A DNA stretch of 64,000 nt from Squalus acanthias (taxonomy: Eukaryota): assembly GCA_030390025.1 (NCBI GenBank), contig CM059432.1, forward strand, positions 98,024,001 to 98,088,000, read 5' to 3'. The notes beneath the pieces are model-generated. The model was not told the DNA's origin, ran no database searches, and saw only the letters and a program-made list of their open reading frames with translations. This document shows positions 62,343-64,000 of the stretch, one piece after another (position 1 is the first letter of the stretch; each line of letters opens with the position of its first letter). Position numbers and translations under genes: made by a program.

Positions 62343-63235
62343 GGGGGAGAAATTCAGTATCGCCCCATTTGGGGCGCAATTATCGGCCGGGCGCAAAGAT
62401 TAGCGCCTGGCGCTAATTATCGCCACCGACTGCAAACTTGGCTTTTATCGCCCCTGGAGGTGATTGGAGCGCTAAATCAAGCACTTCACACCTGTCTTAA
62501 GGCGCAAAGGCCGAAGAGCGAGGCGCTACCTCAGAGTGCTGGCGAAGCTCATGTAATGTCAGTCAGCAATGGAACACACACACAATGGCACGGGCCAGTT
62601 CTTAAAGGGGATGGTTAATCTCACTTTCCATCCACATCCTGCTCATTGCAGCCTTGAATCTCGGCCTGGAGAGACCTGCACATCAAATCTGCTGGAAAGA
62701 ACAATGGAGAGTACCAGGCAAAGAGCTCAGAGTGCAGCCCCCACAGTCTCTTCTAAATCGATACAAGGAATGGCAAATCAAAATGAACCTGCAAAGTGCT
62801 GCTCAGTACCCAAAACTCCTTCACACAACGTTGAATCTCTCCAGAAGTCTCTCCCTCTCTCTCTCAGAATGCGTAGTTCAAAAATGGCACCAACAATAAA
62901 AGGCAGGATGCGGTCACCTTTAAATAGCACTCCCCCTTTCCCTTCCTGACTGCAGAACGCTCCCCTCAACCTGTCGTTGCTAGCGTCAGGCGGTAAGGCA
63001 GGGGGCGCCACTCAATATCCGCTCCGGGGCGATACTGGGGCGTTGCGCACTCGACTGACGTCATGATCTGCCGGCGCAGGAGATCGTGGTGGTAGTGTTT
63101 AGTGCCGCCGCAAAATGTCTAGTTAATTTCGCGAGCGGCGCAAACTTTGCCGCGCCTGGGCGCTGGATGCTTTGCGCCCCATTAGCGCCCTCTTAAGGCA
63201 CTAACGGGAGGCGCAACCAACTGAATTTTCCCCCC
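62343..63235. mobile_element. Harbinger-type MITE (GC-rich arms)
   Basis: TIRs gggggagaaattcag / ctgaattttcccccc; TSD CAA (62340-62342, 63236-63238). Confidence 0.88.
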
Positions 63236-63720
63236 CAAGTGTTTTTTAGTATAAACTCTTTCCTGAATGTTGTTTTGCAGTGTGTTGTTACTATGTTTAA
63301 CTGGATACCACAGATGGCTTTTTTGGAGCCTGATCACTTCCACTTCATCATCTCCACAGCACCGAAAGCCTTAGTGTGGTTATTGGCTGGGTGGAACCTG
63401 ATTAATTTCACTTAGGTATTGCTGCTTCACTTGTGAGTACACTAGTAATTAAAGCTTTGAATGAGGACTGGAATAATAATGGTTGTTCATCATTTTGGAA
63501 AAGAGAAGCATGCACCAATGCTCAAGTAACCAAACGGCATGAAACAATAATACACATATTTTATCTGAATATGATAGCAGGTGCAGTGTCTTTTTGAATT
63601 AATATTGTCGGAAGACATAACTATCATCTAACTTTATGTCCCGTCTCCCTCAATGAAATCCTCGAAATATAGTGTACTGTGCTGTACAGTTTTATTTTCC
63701 TCTTAACATTGTGTCTGTAT

Positions 63721-64000
63721 CAGCTGTGGCTCAGTGATAGCGCACTCACCTCTGACTTGTGCCCATAATCTAAGTTGACATTTAAGTGCAGTACTGATGG
63801 AGTACTACATAGTCAGAGGTGCTGTCCTTTGGATGAGATGGATGTTAAACCAAAGCCCTGTCTGCCCTCTCAGGTTGATGTAAAAGATCCCATGGCACTA
63901 TTCAAAGAAGAGCTGGTGACTGGCCAACATTTATCCCTCAACCAACATCACTAAAACAGATTAACTGGTCATTATCACATTGCTGTTTGTGGGACCTTGC
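63721..64000 (+). mobile_element. DeuSINE-like (SacSINE1/AmnSINE1-related) element, runs off the window end
   Basis: A-box-like tggctcagtgatag, then Deu-domain-like gatgtaaaagatcccatggcactattc and ggtcattatcacattgctgtttgtggga. Confidence 0.75.

Noticed and set aside
1..64000. Prokaryotic-type systems (CRISPR, retron, operons), tRNA or rRNA genes
   Set aside because: The sequence is vertebrate-like, all RT ORFs are LINE-type, and I saw no cloverleaf or rRNA signature.

Overview
Eukaryotic, repeat-dominated genomic DNA, most likely from a cartilaginous fish (inferred from the CR1/L2 LINEs, HE1/V-SINE-like and DeuSINE-like SINEs, and Penelope-derived palindromic repeats). I cannot support any host protein-coding exon, so this looks like a gene desert or very large intron. 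Every recognisable ORF is transposon-derived: CR1 and L2 reverse transcriptases, a second non-LTR family, a Penelope GIY-YIG endonuclease, a Gypsy gag remnant, and PIF/Harbinger transposase and Myb/SANT remnants. The most structured content is a dense set of Harbinger-type TIR elements (more than a dozen, GGG/GGCC termini, 3-bp TSDs). It includes a spliced three-exon Myb/SANT gene, a three-copy family whose transposase appears collapsed by a purine-rich internal deletion, and MITEs carrying promoter motifs and splice donors. Other notable items are a minimal hammerhead ribozyme beside the Penelope remnant, a 1.6-kb solo LTR in a triple-nested insertion, and a hAT MITE with an 8-bp TSD. Family names come from motif recognition only, no searches were run, and boundaries without a TSD are approximate.
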